DNA from: Octopus bimaculoides
Taxonomy: Eukaryota
DNA length: 36,494 nt
Reading direction: 5' to 3'
NCBI RefSeq assembly: GCF_001194135.2
Contig: NC_068996.1
Location: 49,594,172 to 49,630,665, forward strand
In this document: piece after piece, positions 11,101 to 23,371 of the stretch
Numbering within the stretch: position 1 is the stretch's first letter
Layout: each line of letters opens with the position of its first letter
Program-made: the position numbers and the translations under genes
Notes under the pieces: model-generated
Database searches by the model: none
Told to the model about the DNA's origin: nothing
Seen by the model: only the letters and a program-made list of their open reading frames with translations

Positions 11101-11477
11101 TGGGGTTGATCTAATCGACTAACCTCCTCCCCCATAACTTGTCATTGCTCAATCATATGGAGGATATAATGGATTCTATTGGTGTTATTATTTAGTCAAA
11201 GTATTTATATGATCCAATCTGACCAATGGTGATGCAAATATTCTCACCTAGAAGCCACTTTAAAATTTCTTTTAAATTATTTTCTGTCTGCCTCCATAAA
11301 TTTGATATGGATATATTTTGAGTCTATGAAACTTTGACTAATGTGGAGGTACGAAATATAACTACAACTAATTGTGAAGTGCTACATTCACTTGTTACCT
11401 TCTCATATATGTGTATGTATGCATGTATATATGTATATGTGTGTGTCTCTCTAAATATATGTTTGTAAATGTATGTA

Positions 11478-11634
11478 TACACTCTTAGAATGGTTGGTGT
11501 TAGGGAGGGCATCCAGCCATAGAAGCTGAGCCAAATCAGACTGGAGCCTTGCACAGCTCTCCGGCTCATCAGCTCCAGTCAAATCACCTAACCCATGCCA
11601 GCATGGAAAATGGACACTAAACGATGATGATGAT
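11478..11634 (+). mobile_element. RTE-type LINE 3' end stub (family C)
   Basis: TGGTTGGTGTTAGGGAGGGCATCCAGCC...CCCATGCCAGCATGGAAAATGGACACTAAACGATGATGATGAT. Confidence 0.8.
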
Positions 11635-11683
11635 ATATGAGTGTGTATGTATGTATTTATATATATATATATANNNNNNNNNN

Positions 11684-11727
<44 letters not shown>

Positions 11728-11744
11728 TCATAGATAGATATAGC

Positions 11745-12006
11745 ATTCTGTATATCTTACTTCACATGCATATACTGTTGAAAGTCACAAAACTGCAGTA
11801 TTTATCTTGAGAAACTATTCTGTATTAATGTATAGTGCTAAAAAGCACAGAAGTGTATCAGTAGCAGATGAAAGTATTAGTTTGAAATAGCAATCTGTAT
11901 ATCATACTTAACATAGATATACTGTACAAAGCCACACAACTGTAACATTCATCTCAAGAAAGCATCTTGATGCATAGTACTGAAAGCACAGTGTGATATC
12001 AGTAGC
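11745..12006 (+). repeat. Unclassified repeat family F, two tandem units, period about 147 bp
   Basis: Units start TCTGTATATC(T/A)TACTT at 11747 and 11894 and share TATAGTGCTAAAAAGCAC/CATAGTACTGAAAGCAC and TATCAGTAGCA. Confidence 0.65.
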
Positions 12007-12023
12007 ATATATATGTGTATGTG

Positions 12024-12775
12024 TGTGTGTTCAATATATGGAAATGGTGTAGGTGGAAATTCCAGATGGTGTACTCAATGCAGACTACGGACACATAAGA
12101 GGCACAGTGGAATCACAAGAAGATTAACAGAGAAAGGCTTTGTGTATTGCAGGTGCACAGACGCAATAAACATGGAAATTAAATTCTTCTGGAATTCCCA
12201 GAAGGATCCTTTGAGATAGTAAATAGTTTCAGTTACCTAGGAAACCCAATTAATAGTAGAGTGAATGTTCTGAAAGTATAGTTGCTTGAATAAGAACAGT
12301 ATCTAGGATATTCAGAGAACTTTTACCTCTGTTGATGACAAACAGTCTCTCTGTCTCTCTCAGAGTGAAAGGTAGATTGTTTGGTGCCGGTGTATGAACA
12401 GCCATGCTACATAGTAGTGGAATATGAGCTGTGAATGCAGAGGACATTTGAAGACTAAAAAGAAATGGAGTTAGTAACCTCTACTGGATGTGTAAACATC
12501 ACTGCATGTGTACAACAAAACACAAAGGTGTTGTGAGGAAAATTGGGTGTCTGAGGCATCAGATGTAATGAGCAAAAGAGAAAACTGCATTAATAAGGTC
12601 ATGTGAATGAAATAGACTACAAAAATAATTGTGGTTCCATCTACATTTAGTGATCAGATAACTGTGGATGGAACCTGTAAAAGAGGAGTCCCAGGAAGAT
12701 ATTGGATTGTGCCTTGAATATCAACCTGAAGATATTAATCCTCACAGAAGAGATGAGAAAAGACTGAGATGATGC
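12024..12775 (+). mobile_element. Degenerate RTE-clade LINE ORF2, C-terminal part
   Basis: Translates with stops/frameshifts to CSIYGNGVGGNSRWCTQCRLRTHKR, EIVNSFSYLG, LRVKGRLFGAGV*TAMLH, VDGTCKRG, NLKILILTEEMRKD, typical of the region after the RT palm in RTE ORF2. Confidence 0.85.
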
Positions 12776-12780
12776 ACAAT

Positions 12781-12880
12781 AGCTTGAGCAAGTGTTTTCT
12801 ACTATAGCCCCAGGTAAACCAATGCTTTGTGAGTGAATTTGAAAAGACAAACTGTGTAAGTTTGTTGTATGTGTGTGGGG
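12781..12880 (+). mobile_element. SINE family A fragment
   Basis: CTTGAGCAAGTGTTTTCTACTATAGCCCCAGG...GCTTTGTGAGTGAATTTG. Confidence 0.65.
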
Positions 12881-12919
12881 GGGTGCCTGTGTTTTTTATG
12901 TCCCTGTAATATTATGTTG

Positions 12920-13740
12920 AAATGAAACAGTGCACTTACAATGAGAGGAAAAAGGCTTGGAGATTTTATTATGAGAAACTGTCGAACGTGCAAAATATGT
13001 AGGAAGAAGAATGATCTCAAGTGTAGCTAACAGAGGGATTGGCTTTTGAAGTGTACAGTTATATGGTGAAAATGACCACTAAAAACATGAAAATGGGGAA
13101 AGTAGTAGGAATATATCTGCTAAATTAGCGCTCAAGCTAGTTACCTATATAAACAACAAGGTAATATAGGGAGGTGCCATACCAATGACTGGTATAGGAG
13201 TATAATCATTCACTGCCACAAAGGTGCAAAGAAAATGTTTTAAAAAGAAACAACACATCAAACTGATGGGACAGGTTATGAAAGTTATAGAAAGAGAATT
13301 AGCAGAATTCATTTGGGAGAGAAGCAGTTTAGATGAAATGCAGTTCAAATTTGATGTTCTTTTCATAGTGATAGGAATTTCTAACCAGGAATAAACCTTT
13401 CTATTTAACATTTGTTGATCTGAAGAAGGTCTTTGGCAAGGTACCACAGTCTGTGGTCTGGTTGCTTTTAATAAAAACAAGGTATAGAAGAATGATTTAT
13501 GAGAGTGTTGCAAGCAATACATAGGAATGACATCAGCAAACTGAGAGTCAGAAATGATTTCAGTGAAGAATTTAATATGCAGGTTGGTGTTCAATGAGGT
13601 TTGGTTCTTAGCCCATTCCAATTTATAATAGTTCTCCAAGACAGGATATTCTAGTGGAAGGAAATTGTGGAAGAGGAAGATACGGGTAGATGTAGTAAAA
13701 GATGATCTCAGGATGTTGAATTTCACAAGATGATGAAAGA
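12920..13740 (+). mobile_element. Degenerate RTE-clade LINE reverse transcriptase fragment with internal deletion
   Basis: KKAWRFYYEKL, PNDWYRSIIIHCHKG, IKLMGQVMKVIER, LDEMQF, FVDLKKVFGKVP, QVGVQ*GLVLSPFQFIIVLQ, then a jump to C-terminal VEGNCGRGR and DVVKDDLRML. Confidence 0.88.
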
Positions 13741-13749
13741 ACTCTACAA

Positions 13750-13967
13750 AATCCTTTCTACTATAGGTGCAAGGCCTGAAATTTGGTGAAAGGGAGCCAG
13801 TTGAATAGATCGACTCCAGTACACAACAGGTGCTTAATTTATCGACACTGAAAGAATGAAAGGCAAAGTCGACCTCGGTGAAATTTGAACTCGGAACATA
13901 GCAACGGACGAAATACCGCTAAGCATTTCGTCCAGCATGCTAACGATTCTGCCAGCTCGCCGCCTTA
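13750..13967 (-). mobile_element. SINE family B, full length, CpG-rich (relatively young)
   Basis: Minus strand TAAGGCGGCGAGCTGGCAGAATCGTTAGC...GAGTTCAAATTTCACCGAGGTCGACTTTGCC...CCTATAGTAGAAAGGATT. Confidence 0.9.
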
Positions 13968-14080
13968 TTACTCTACAAATAATAAACAGTGACATGCTAT
14001 ATTGGAAAGCATCAAGAACTGCATGTAAACATAGCGCTGTTACTACTGATGATAATAATGTGTGTGTGTGTACATGTATA

Positions 14081-14545
14081 TTCTTTTACTCTTTTACTTG
14101 TTTCAGTCATTTTGACTGCGGCCATGCTGGAGCACTGCCTTTAGTCAAACAAATCGACCTCAGCACTTATTCCTTGTAAGCCTAGTACTTATCGTATCGG
14201 TCTGTTTTGCCAAACTGCTAAGTTACAGGGACGTAAACAGACCAACACTAGTTGTCAAGCAATGGTGGAGGGAACAAACACAGACATACAAATACATATA
14301 TATATATATATATGACGGGTTTCTTTCAGTTTCCATCTACCAAATCCACTCAAAAGGCTTTGGTCGGCCCAAGACGTGCTTTAGTTATTGGGCTACAATC
14401 ATGCTGGGGTAATCCCTTGAAAAAGGGTTTAGTCAATTACCTGATTGTTTTAAGTACTGGTACTTATTCTTCTAAGTTCCGGGGACATAAACAAACCAAC
14501 ATCTGCTGTCAAGTGGTAGTGGATGAAGACACAACACATAGATAT
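14081..14545 (-). mobile_element. Two adjacent truncated SINE family A copies (14081-14375 and about 14376-14545)
   Basis: First is nearly colinear with 15049-15320; second repeats the 3' segment in more diverged form. Confidence 0.75.
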
Positions 14546-14577
14546 ATACACTCACATGTATGATGTATGTATGTATG

Positions 14578-15550
14578 TATGAGGTACATTCCAGAAATTT
14601 TGAGATGTTTTTAGTAGTAGTTATAACTGCTCTAGATTATTGTAATTTTAGTATATCATTATTATGCATCTAATAAGCTGACCTGCCAACGTTTGTTATT
14701 CCAAATTGAAGGAAGTGGCTGTAACAGCACTTTGAACACATCCTAATAAAAACTGTTTGTTGCAGTTGACTATTTCGCAGAATAGAGTTGAGGTGTGAAT
14801 TTGGAAGCTTGCAATGCAATAAAGTTTTGTTTTAAACTGGGCGAAAATGCTACAGGAACTTATGAAATGCTCCAGACTGGTCATGGATTAACTTCTATGA
14901 GCCAAGCATGTTTTTTTGCTCACAAGTCGACGGAAGCTCATGAGGATCCCTTTTTTTTTTTGGACAGAAAGGGCATCTTCTGCATCCACTCAGTTCCCTC
15001 AAGCCAGACAGTCACCAAAGAGTGCTTTGTGGAGATTTTGAGGGAGTTTACTCTTTTACTTGTTTCAGTCATTTGACTGCGGCCATGCTGGAGCACCGCC
15101 TTTAGTCGAGCAAATCGACCCCAGGACTTATTCTTTGTAAGCCTAGTACTTATTCTATCGGTCTCTTTTGCCAAACCACTAAGTGACGGGGACGTAAACA
15201 CACCTGCATCGGTTGTCAAGCAATGTTGGGGGGACAAACACATATATATATACGACAGGCTTCTTTCAGTTTCCATCTACCAAATCCATGCACAAGGCTT
15301 TGGTCGACCCGAGGCTATAGTAGAAGACATTTGCCCAAGGTGCCACACAGTGGGACTGAACCCAAAACTATGTGGTTGGTAAGCAAGCTACTTACCACAG
15401 TCACTCTAGGGAGTTCAAAAGATTTCAACACAGAATGCCAGAGTACCTGCACAGCCCTCAATTCCATCCTGGTAACCAACTACTCAACAGTTAATAGGCA
15501 TTAAAACTGTTCCTCACCCTCCTGCAGTCGAGATCCTACTCCCCGTGACT
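14578..15550 (+). mobile_element. Internally deleted mariner relic split by a SINE A insertion
   Basis: NAIKFCFKLGENATGTYEMLQT (N-terminal HTH), FFLDRKGIFCIHSVPSSQTVTKECFVEILREF, then after the SINE NSILVTNY and GIKTVPHPPCSRDPTPRD (decayed PHPPYSPDLAPCD). Confidence 0.85.
15049..15407 (-). mobile_element. SINE family A, full length, 8-bp TSD
   Basis: AGGGAGTT at 15041-15048 and 15408-15415; B-box-like GGTTCAGTCCC; many CpGs retained. Confidence 0.92.
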
Positions 15551-16160
15551 GTCTAGTGTAATAACAATTGTCAGCTCACCATCCAGGAGTGTAATGCCAT
15601 AAGGTTTACAACTTGGCCTTATCTAGTTCCTAGCTATGAACATAGATGCTACCAAAAAAAAAAATTTAATCTCAACATGCCTTGTCTTCTTTTTCCTCTG
15701 TACAACTATTTGTATAATACAAATAATGTTTATTGCCACCTAAACACGGGTGCTACTTTAACCCTAGGAGGATGCCTCCACCAGCTGGTTATTCAGTGCA
15801 GTTCACACTTGACATATATTGCAAGTGGGGAGAGAACTCCCTACTATTCAAACCCTGAGACCACTAGAACACATGGTTTTGACCTTATGCTCATTCTCAG
15901 TGATGGATATTTGTTTGCTAGACATAACAGTCTAGCTTGCAATATATAGAAAAAAAGTAACACACAGATCACTGATCATGTAACAAGTAAATTAGCTCGT
16001 TAAGAAAATCTCTATCAGAGATGAAAGCAGTATTTATATTGAGAAGAAATGTTTATCACTACCTAAACATGGGTGTTCTTTGCAGAACAGATGATACTGC
16101 TATTTTGATGTACAATGACACAGAACTCTAAATTAAACAATTCTTGCACCACTACTGGAC

Positions 16161-16608
16161 ACTTTTCCTCTGCTGCTGATACATGTCTTTGCTATTTAGC
16201 ACTATACATCTATACAAGAAGCTTTCTCAAGATGAATACAGTAGTTCTGTGATTTTCTATAATGTATCTACATTAAGTAAGATATACAGAATGCAATTCT
16301 GAACTAACACTGCTTCCTTTGCCAATTATAAATGTTTATCCAGTCCACTAGCTATTTGTAATTCCAGTAACTTGTTAAACACTGTTTTTCCATATCAATG
16401 GAAGCAAAATTTGTCTAAGCATCCGGTTGATACTAGATACTTGCTACTGATGATGCACAAAGAAACAGAAAACTGGATTTAGCAATCTCACTGCCATTGT
16501 TGGCCACTTTTCATCTGATAGACTTGGGTGCTTTTTTAGCACTATACAAGAACCTTTCTCAAGACAAATATTGCAGTTTTGTGGCTTTCTCACAGCATAT
16601 ACAGAATG
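16161..16608 (-). repeat. Repeat family F, two inverted-orientation copies (16161-16296, 16506-16608)
   Basis: Reverse complements read GCATTCTGTATATCTTACTT...TCTTGAGAAAG...GTATAGTGCTAAA...TATCAG, matching the unit at 11745. Confidence 0.7.
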
Positions 16609-16639
<31 letters not shown>

Positions 16640-16662
16640 TATACATGTATATATATATATAC

Positions 16663-16938
16663 GTGAAGGCGCATTGCTTAGTACATTCAGCTCACAATCA
16701 TAAGTTCGTGAGTTCAATTCCCAGCGATGTGCTGTGTCCTTGAGCAAGACACTATTTCACATTACTCCACTCCACTCGACTGGCAAATATGAGCTGTACC
16801 TGTATTGTAAAGGACCAGCCTTGTCATGATAAATATCCCTGAGAACTATGTTAAGGGTACACGTGTCATGGAGTACTCAGGCTACTCCGTTGATTGTATC
16901 AGCTGGGACCCTCGTTATCGTAACCAACAAAGTGCTCC
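16663..16938 (+). mobile_element. tRNA-derived SINE, family D
   Basis: B-box GAGTTCAATTCCC at 16710-16722 followed by TGTGTCCTTGAGCAAGACAC; second copy at 32764-32949. Confidence 0.8.
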
Positions 16939-17511
16939 TACATATATATACACATGTATATACATACATATACACACACACCATAGTAATAGTTGTTCAA
17001 ACAGACAGTGATAAGAATATACATGTTATGTTTGATTGTGAATTTATATCTTAGTCTTGTTATTTTCGGTTATCATTCATTCTTGTGAAGTTGAAAGTAT
17101 TTGTAAGGGCCACTTTGGTATTGTTTGGTTTTTCTTCATAGATAACCTAATAAAGCTACAATGCTTAGATATTGGTGTCTAGTTTTGGGAAGTTCTGTGG
17201 CATGTGCATGTGAGTGTGTGTGAAACATTTCTGAATACTGTCCACTACATGAAATCACACTGGTTTTTTTTACAAATCTATATTAAATTCAATGCCACCA
17301 CCCCGCACAAAAAACAAACATATCAAAATGAAAAAAAACCAATAACAATCTTTGTTAAAATATTTCTTTATTTCTCCCATGATCCCCTGCTCTAGTATGC
17401 TGATGACAAACATACTAGTATCAGCATCCAAGGCACTAAGTGTGTTGCAGACCAAAATGTACAGTTAGAGGAGGAGAGGAGAGAAAAAAAAAATTTATAT
17501 TATACATATAT

Positions 17512-17550
<39 letters not shown>

Positions 17551-17754
17551 ATAAAAGCAACAGTAAAAAATGATAGACTACAAACCCAACAGAACATGAA
17601 CAATATTTTTCTTGATTGAGTCATATCAGTTAGGAAATGAAAAGATGAACAGAAAAAAAACAAGTAAAAAGGTTTCATTCTCTTCCTCTCTCTCTCTCTC
17701 CTAAACAAAGCAACATTTGTTTACATCAGTAATAAATAGAATCATTTGTATATT

Positions 17755-17787
<33 letters not shown>

Positions 17788-18270
17788 TTGTATTTATGTA
17801 CTGTCATCCACATATGGATAATCATTAAACTCTAATCTAGTTCAGTGTTCCTGCTTAATACAGCAGTATTAGGTTGTTGTTTTGTTTTTTCTTGTTATTA
17901 AAAAAAAAAAAAAAAAAAAATCACAAAACATTTACCGGTGTTTGAAAATTTTATATTATCATATAGGTTTAACATTTTACATAAATTTTAAAAATACTTT
18001 TTTTCCCCTTCTTTTTGATAAACTAAAATTCAATAACTTTCAATTGAAAAAAAAAAAAAAAAATGTCCCAAATGCTATCATTTCAAATAAAATACTTGCA
18101 ATTATAATAATAATAACAAAAAGAAACAAGATTACTTTAATATTTAACAAGATTTTGCAAGTTCCTCTTTATCTGCCCTACTATATATACTAACTATATA
18201 GAACCTAAATTATTTCAGAATGTAAAAAGAAAAGTAGCAGCAGTAGTCATAGTGGTGAGGCAGTGAACGA

Positions 18271-18612
18271 GGTTTTGCAGAGTTGCTTAATCTGCTCAAA
18301 ACAACAACCAAATCTCTCTCTACAAACTTTACACATCACATGAATATGAGCCAATAAAGAAGTCTTTATGTGCTCTTCTTTGACTTGCTAAAATTAGCAG
18401 CCAAATCTCCTTCAAAGTTCAACCTTTACTTAAAAATTAGATAAACGTGTTATTATATATATATATATATATCTAATATATATGTATAATATGCCAGAAA
18501 AGACAAGATAGTTGCTGGTGAAAAAGTGACACAGGAAATCTGCAGGTTACACCCTAATATTCAGCTGACTTCGTATGCAATCAGAAATTGACCTGGGGAT
18601 CCACACAACAAC
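18271..18612 (+). repeat. Repeat family E, diverged
   Basis: GCTAAAATTAGCAGCCAAATCTCCTTCAAA and TTGACCTGGGGATCCACACAACAAC mirror 7275-7430. Confidence 0.5.
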
Positions 18613-18665
18613 TAGAAGACATCCTTCTCACAAGAGTATTCAATGTGCCTGGTCTGTGGGTCCCC

Positions 18666-18883
18666 TTAACCCTCTATCATTTGACCTGACCATATCCATC
18701 CCAAATACTCTGCTTTATGCTCAAACAAACCAGATCAGGCCTTTCACACCTACCCTACAATATCATTCGACAAATAAACAATCACATCATCAAAATCTCA
18801 AAGCTCTGAGATAATGCATGATTAATTGAAAAGAGTGTGAATAAGTAAATAAGCATCATATTTGACAGAATAATCTGATTGCT
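18666..18883. mobile_element. TTAA-flanked piggyBac-type MITE, family 1 (right end eroded)
   Basis: Starts TTAACCCTCT; shares ATAATGCATGATTAATTGAAAA and TTTGACAGA with 27128-27313. Confidence 0.7.
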
Positions 18884-19896
18884 CGACAGATGTTCTACTA
18901 AGCTGTCTTATACACTGTAAGTCCTAATGAACAACTAGCAAACGGAAATTACCAGTAACATTTTGATATTTTAGATATTTACTCGTTATAAAAACAAAAC
19001 CATTACTGCTGTTCAGTGGAAGATAGAAAATTATTATTCAAAACTAAAACTCCAGTCAACGTGAATTGCTGTAATGTCACCCCTGTCACTCACAAGACTA
19101 TACACTTAGCAATGAAATTGGGTTTTAAAAAATTCAAACACTACTGAAATTTGGTCTATTATTTTAGAAACTTGAGATTTAAAAAAAGAAATCTTTCAAA
19201 TTTCATAAATAATATAGCAATGCAATTAATTTTTTTTTTTTTTTCTTCCTCTAAATCAACTGTAACATTTCAGATATAATTAATAATACATAACATACAT
19301 CTGTGAAAAAAAAAAAAACATTTTTTCAATTATACTATGAAAATAACAGGAAAAAAAAAAATACTGTTAATCTATTTTCCCCACAAATAACACAATGTCA
19401 TTTCAAGGAAATCAAAAGATTTTTCTAGATTATTTTTGAAAAAAAATGTAGAAAAATTTTTACTATCAAAGGAAAAAATAATTATGGCAACATTGTTTAT
19501 CAAAAGAGTTAAATAAAATGATGAAATTTTTGATAATTGTTAGTTTTGATATTCCTTAAGCTTAAAAATCTGTTTTGTTTTATTTTGCATTATATTATTT
19601 TCTTTTCCAGTCAAATATTGAGATACCACACACACACAGTGAACATTTGATGAATGCTTACAGTCACCGAGTGAGACTAAATAAGATGTGAAGCCATTAC
19701 TGAATATTGTGATATTATTATTATTATCTACATCTATTTCAGTGGCAATCCATCAATTCAACACAACTTACTTCATATTTATCACTGAAACAACTGTCAA
19801 GTGATGATTTCATTGCTTAAAAATGTCCAATAATTAAGAGAGAGAGAGATAGAGAGAGAAGAGGAGAAAGCGGGAATGAAAGGGAAAGAGAAAGTA

Positions 19897-19927
<31 letters not shown>

Positions 19928-20871
19928 GGAGAAAAAGCAAGAAAAGGTAATGAATGTACTTAGATCAGTTTCTACATTATGTATTGAATATGGTTTAATT
20001 AAATAGTTTAATCAAAACAATTTAAAAGAAAATTAAATAAATTACGTGGCATATTCAAAGAAACTCAGTACAAAAAAAGAAAGAAAAGAGTTTGACAAAG
20101 CTGATCCATGTTGAAGAAAAAAACCAAAAAGAACAAACAAATAAAAAATAAACTGCAAATCATAACCTTTGATATTTTAAAAGAAATAAGACTTTGATAA
20201 GTTTTAATTTAAAGACATAATAATGCCATAATGAAATGTTTTTGCCAAGTAACACAATTAAGTAAAAACTCAACATTTATTTTATGACATCAACAAGAAT
20301 ATGAAATGAAATATTCAGAATAAATAATTTCAAAATAAAATATAAAAAAACAACTGTCTGACAGCCAGATTTTGAGAGAGAGAGAGGGGGGGAGAGAGAG
20401 AGGGGGAGAGAGAGAGAGAGAGAGAGAGNNNNNNNNNNNNNNNNNNNNNNNNNNNNNNNNNNNNNNNNNNNNNNNNNNNNNNNNNNNNNNNNNNNNNNNN
20501 NNNNNNNNNNNNNNNNNNNNNNNNNNNNNNNNNNNNNNNNNNNNNNNNNNNNNNNNNNNNNNNNNNNNNNNNNNNNNNNNNNNNNNNNNNNNNNNNNNNN
20601 NNNNNNNNNNNNNNNNNNNNNNNNNNNNNNNNNNNNNNNNNNNNNNNNNNNNNNNNNNNNNNNNNNNNNNNNGGGGGGGAGAATGAGAGAGATGAAGTGT
20701 ATAAGAAGAATAAAGTCTTTAGTAAAATAAATCTTGAAAAATACAATATATGAAAAGCTGGAATCATTAAACTTTTGTAGTACAAGAATACCTCCTTACA
20801 TTGCAACAGTATATAAATGAATTATAATTAGTATGGTTCTGATTAATCACCATTTTAAAATAATTATTACA

Positions 20872-20915
<44 letters not shown>

Positions 20916-21109
20916 ATATCATATACCATTGATATTAGGATGTGTTAAGTGTTAATTAAACCTTTGTTTACTTGCAATAATATGCTTTGATAAACACCTT
21001 TTGTAGCGGCTGAATTAACTGATTTATCCAAGAACAGGAAAAGAATTGGCAGGAATACAGGATCTTGTCTCCTAGACCTCATACAAATAATAATAATAAT
21101 AATAATAAT

Positions 21110-21514
21110 GGTCTCAAATTTTGGCAAAAGGCCAGCAATTTCAGGGAATTGGGTAAGTTGATTACATTGACCCCAGCATTTAACTGGTACTTTATTTTAT
21201 CAACCCCGAAAGAATGAAAGGCAAAGTCAACCTCGGCGGAATTTGAACTCAGAATATAGTGACAGGCAAAATGCTTGACAGCATTTTGTCCAGCACAGTT
21301 CACCATGTTGCCAGTTCACCACCTTGAATAATATCTAACAAAAGGCATAATGTCAGAAATTTTAGGAGTAGGGAAAACAGTCAATTGTATCAACACCAGT
21401 ATTTGACTGGTACTTGATATCGAGCCCAGAAGGATGAAAAACAAAGTTGACTTTGGCAGGATTTGATCTCAGAACGTAAAGAGCTGGAAGAAATACTGCA
21501 AGGCATTTCATCTG
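21110..21514 (-). mobile_element. Two tandem SINE family B copies (21110-21325, 21336-21514)
   Basis: Both carry variants of ATGAAAGGCAAAGTCAACC and ATTTGAACTCAGAA; flanked by (AAT)n on both sides. Confidence 0.85.
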
Positions 21515-21531
21515 ATGCTAATCCATCATCC

Positions 21532-21567
<36 letters not shown>

Positions 21568-21879
21568 TAATTGTTTCATTAATGATGATGATGATGATGG
21601 GAAGAGAAATATCAGAAGAAAATAATGTTTTTCGTTTTAGTAGTTAAGGGGAAGAATTTTATAATCTTTGCAGGAATTTGATTGGTGAAACAAATGAATT
21701 TGTTTGTTTAGTTTGGTCATCTATAGGTCAGTTGGTTACCAACTTTGAGGAAGAGCAGGAGGTATTTGATAGAATTTAATGAAGGATGAGGGAAAAAAAA
21801 GAAAGAAAATATTTTAGGCAGATCTTGCATGGAGAAAGTTTAGAAGATCAGAACAGAGGTTGTTGAAGAATCAACAGCA

Positions 21880-22310
21880 GGTTGCAAGCTAATCTGGTTG
21901 AAGCGAGTTAAGTGACATTTTTGCAAGTCACTCAGGTGGCTGTTTTATACAATGTGTGGTGCAGCAGTATTGTAGTACCAAATATGTGTTAAGCAGTACC
22001 TTAAATATGGGTCTTAACTGAAATTTGTACAGGATCAGCAAAGTGATCTATCAGGGATAAAATAGTTTTGGGCCCTGATACAACCCCTTCTTGTGGTACA
22101 GTTTCAGCAATATTACACACGGAAATCAGCATGAAGGATTAGAGATTGTCAGGTTTAGCATTAGGGGGTGGCTTTTGAGAGGCTTTATTTGGCTGTTCTT
22201 CATATGTACTACATGACCTTTCCCTTGGTTTGAGTAATGATTGTTTGTCCTGATGGAAAATGACTAGACTATCATGTTGCCATAGAATGAAACTCTTCAA
22301 GTCTCTCATT
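21880..22310 (-). mobile_element. Highly degenerate LINE relic, L2/CR1-like post-RT region
   Basis: Minus strand LILYKFQLRPIF...YCLTHIW resembles the LYKAQVRPxMEYCSHIW motif from memory; many disablements. Confidence 0.4.
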
Positions 22311-23371
22311 TTTTTTTTTTTTTTTTTCATGGAGGCAGTGTGTTTAGCAAAAGATGTTTAGGTTGAAATTTGGGAGGAGATGCTCATGTGAAAGAGGAGC
22401 AAAAAAGTGGTTATTGTCTGTATATAAGAATGTGTTAGAAATGACAGCCAGAGCATTATTAGAATTGTTATTATAAGAAGAGAAAAAAAATAATAATAAA
22501 TAAATAAAAATGGCATAGATGATTACTGAGCTCCTGCATACATCAGAGCTGATAGAATGAGGACTGGAGACAGTTCCATGACCACACAGTATGATACAAA
22601 AACATACCAGTTCAAGAAATATGGAAATGGATGGAACTCAAACCCAGGCAACCTAGCTCAGAGATTCTCAGGTTCAGGAGTAGACACAGATTGAAGGTTA
22701 TAGAAGAGGACATCTTCAGGATTGAGGTTACCTTGTTGGGTTGGAGTGATCAGGATCAGGAGTTTTGCAATGTAGTGACTATGTGTACGAGATAGCAAAA
22801 TGGGTGGAGCAGCAAAGTTTGACAAGTGAGTTCAATTCAGGGTTGGGAACCCAGGTAAACAGCAAATGACGAGGAATTTTTTTTTTTTTTTTTTTCGCTC
22901 TTTCCAGCAGGAATTCTAAATGGGATTTGCCATATGCCTATTTATAGCCTTTGAAAATATCAGCATTTGCTATAGACTGAATATCTTATTTAAAGTTTAC
23001 AACTGATGATTAATCTTGACATTTTTCAACCCTCTGAAACATATTTTTCAGATGAATATAAATTATAAAATATAAGCAGCTTAAAAAAATCTAGTGATAG
23101 ACCAAAAAAAAAATACTCTTTCAAACGAATAATTTAAACATTTTTTTAACAACTAAAATGTTTGAAAGATTTTGCTTTTTAAACACCCATTTCTTTTAGA
23201 TAAAAAAAAACAGAAACAAACAATGTAAATATTATTCAACTATTTAAAAAAGTTATAATGATGCATTTCCTTTCGGAAAAGAAAAAAATTAATGTTTTCT
23301 TTTATAACTAAAGCAGAGATTTCTATTTCTCTATTACAATTTAATGAACTTTGTGCTTTGAAAAATAACAG

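Noticed and set aside
13145-13726. 193-aa minus-strand ORF, the longest without gaps or microsatellites
   Set aside because: It is antisense to the decayed RTE reverse transcriptase; no independent sign of function.
16663-16740. tRNA-like A/B boxes here and in families A and B
   Set aside because: They are SINE heads continuing into repeat bodies; no complete cloverleaf was evident.
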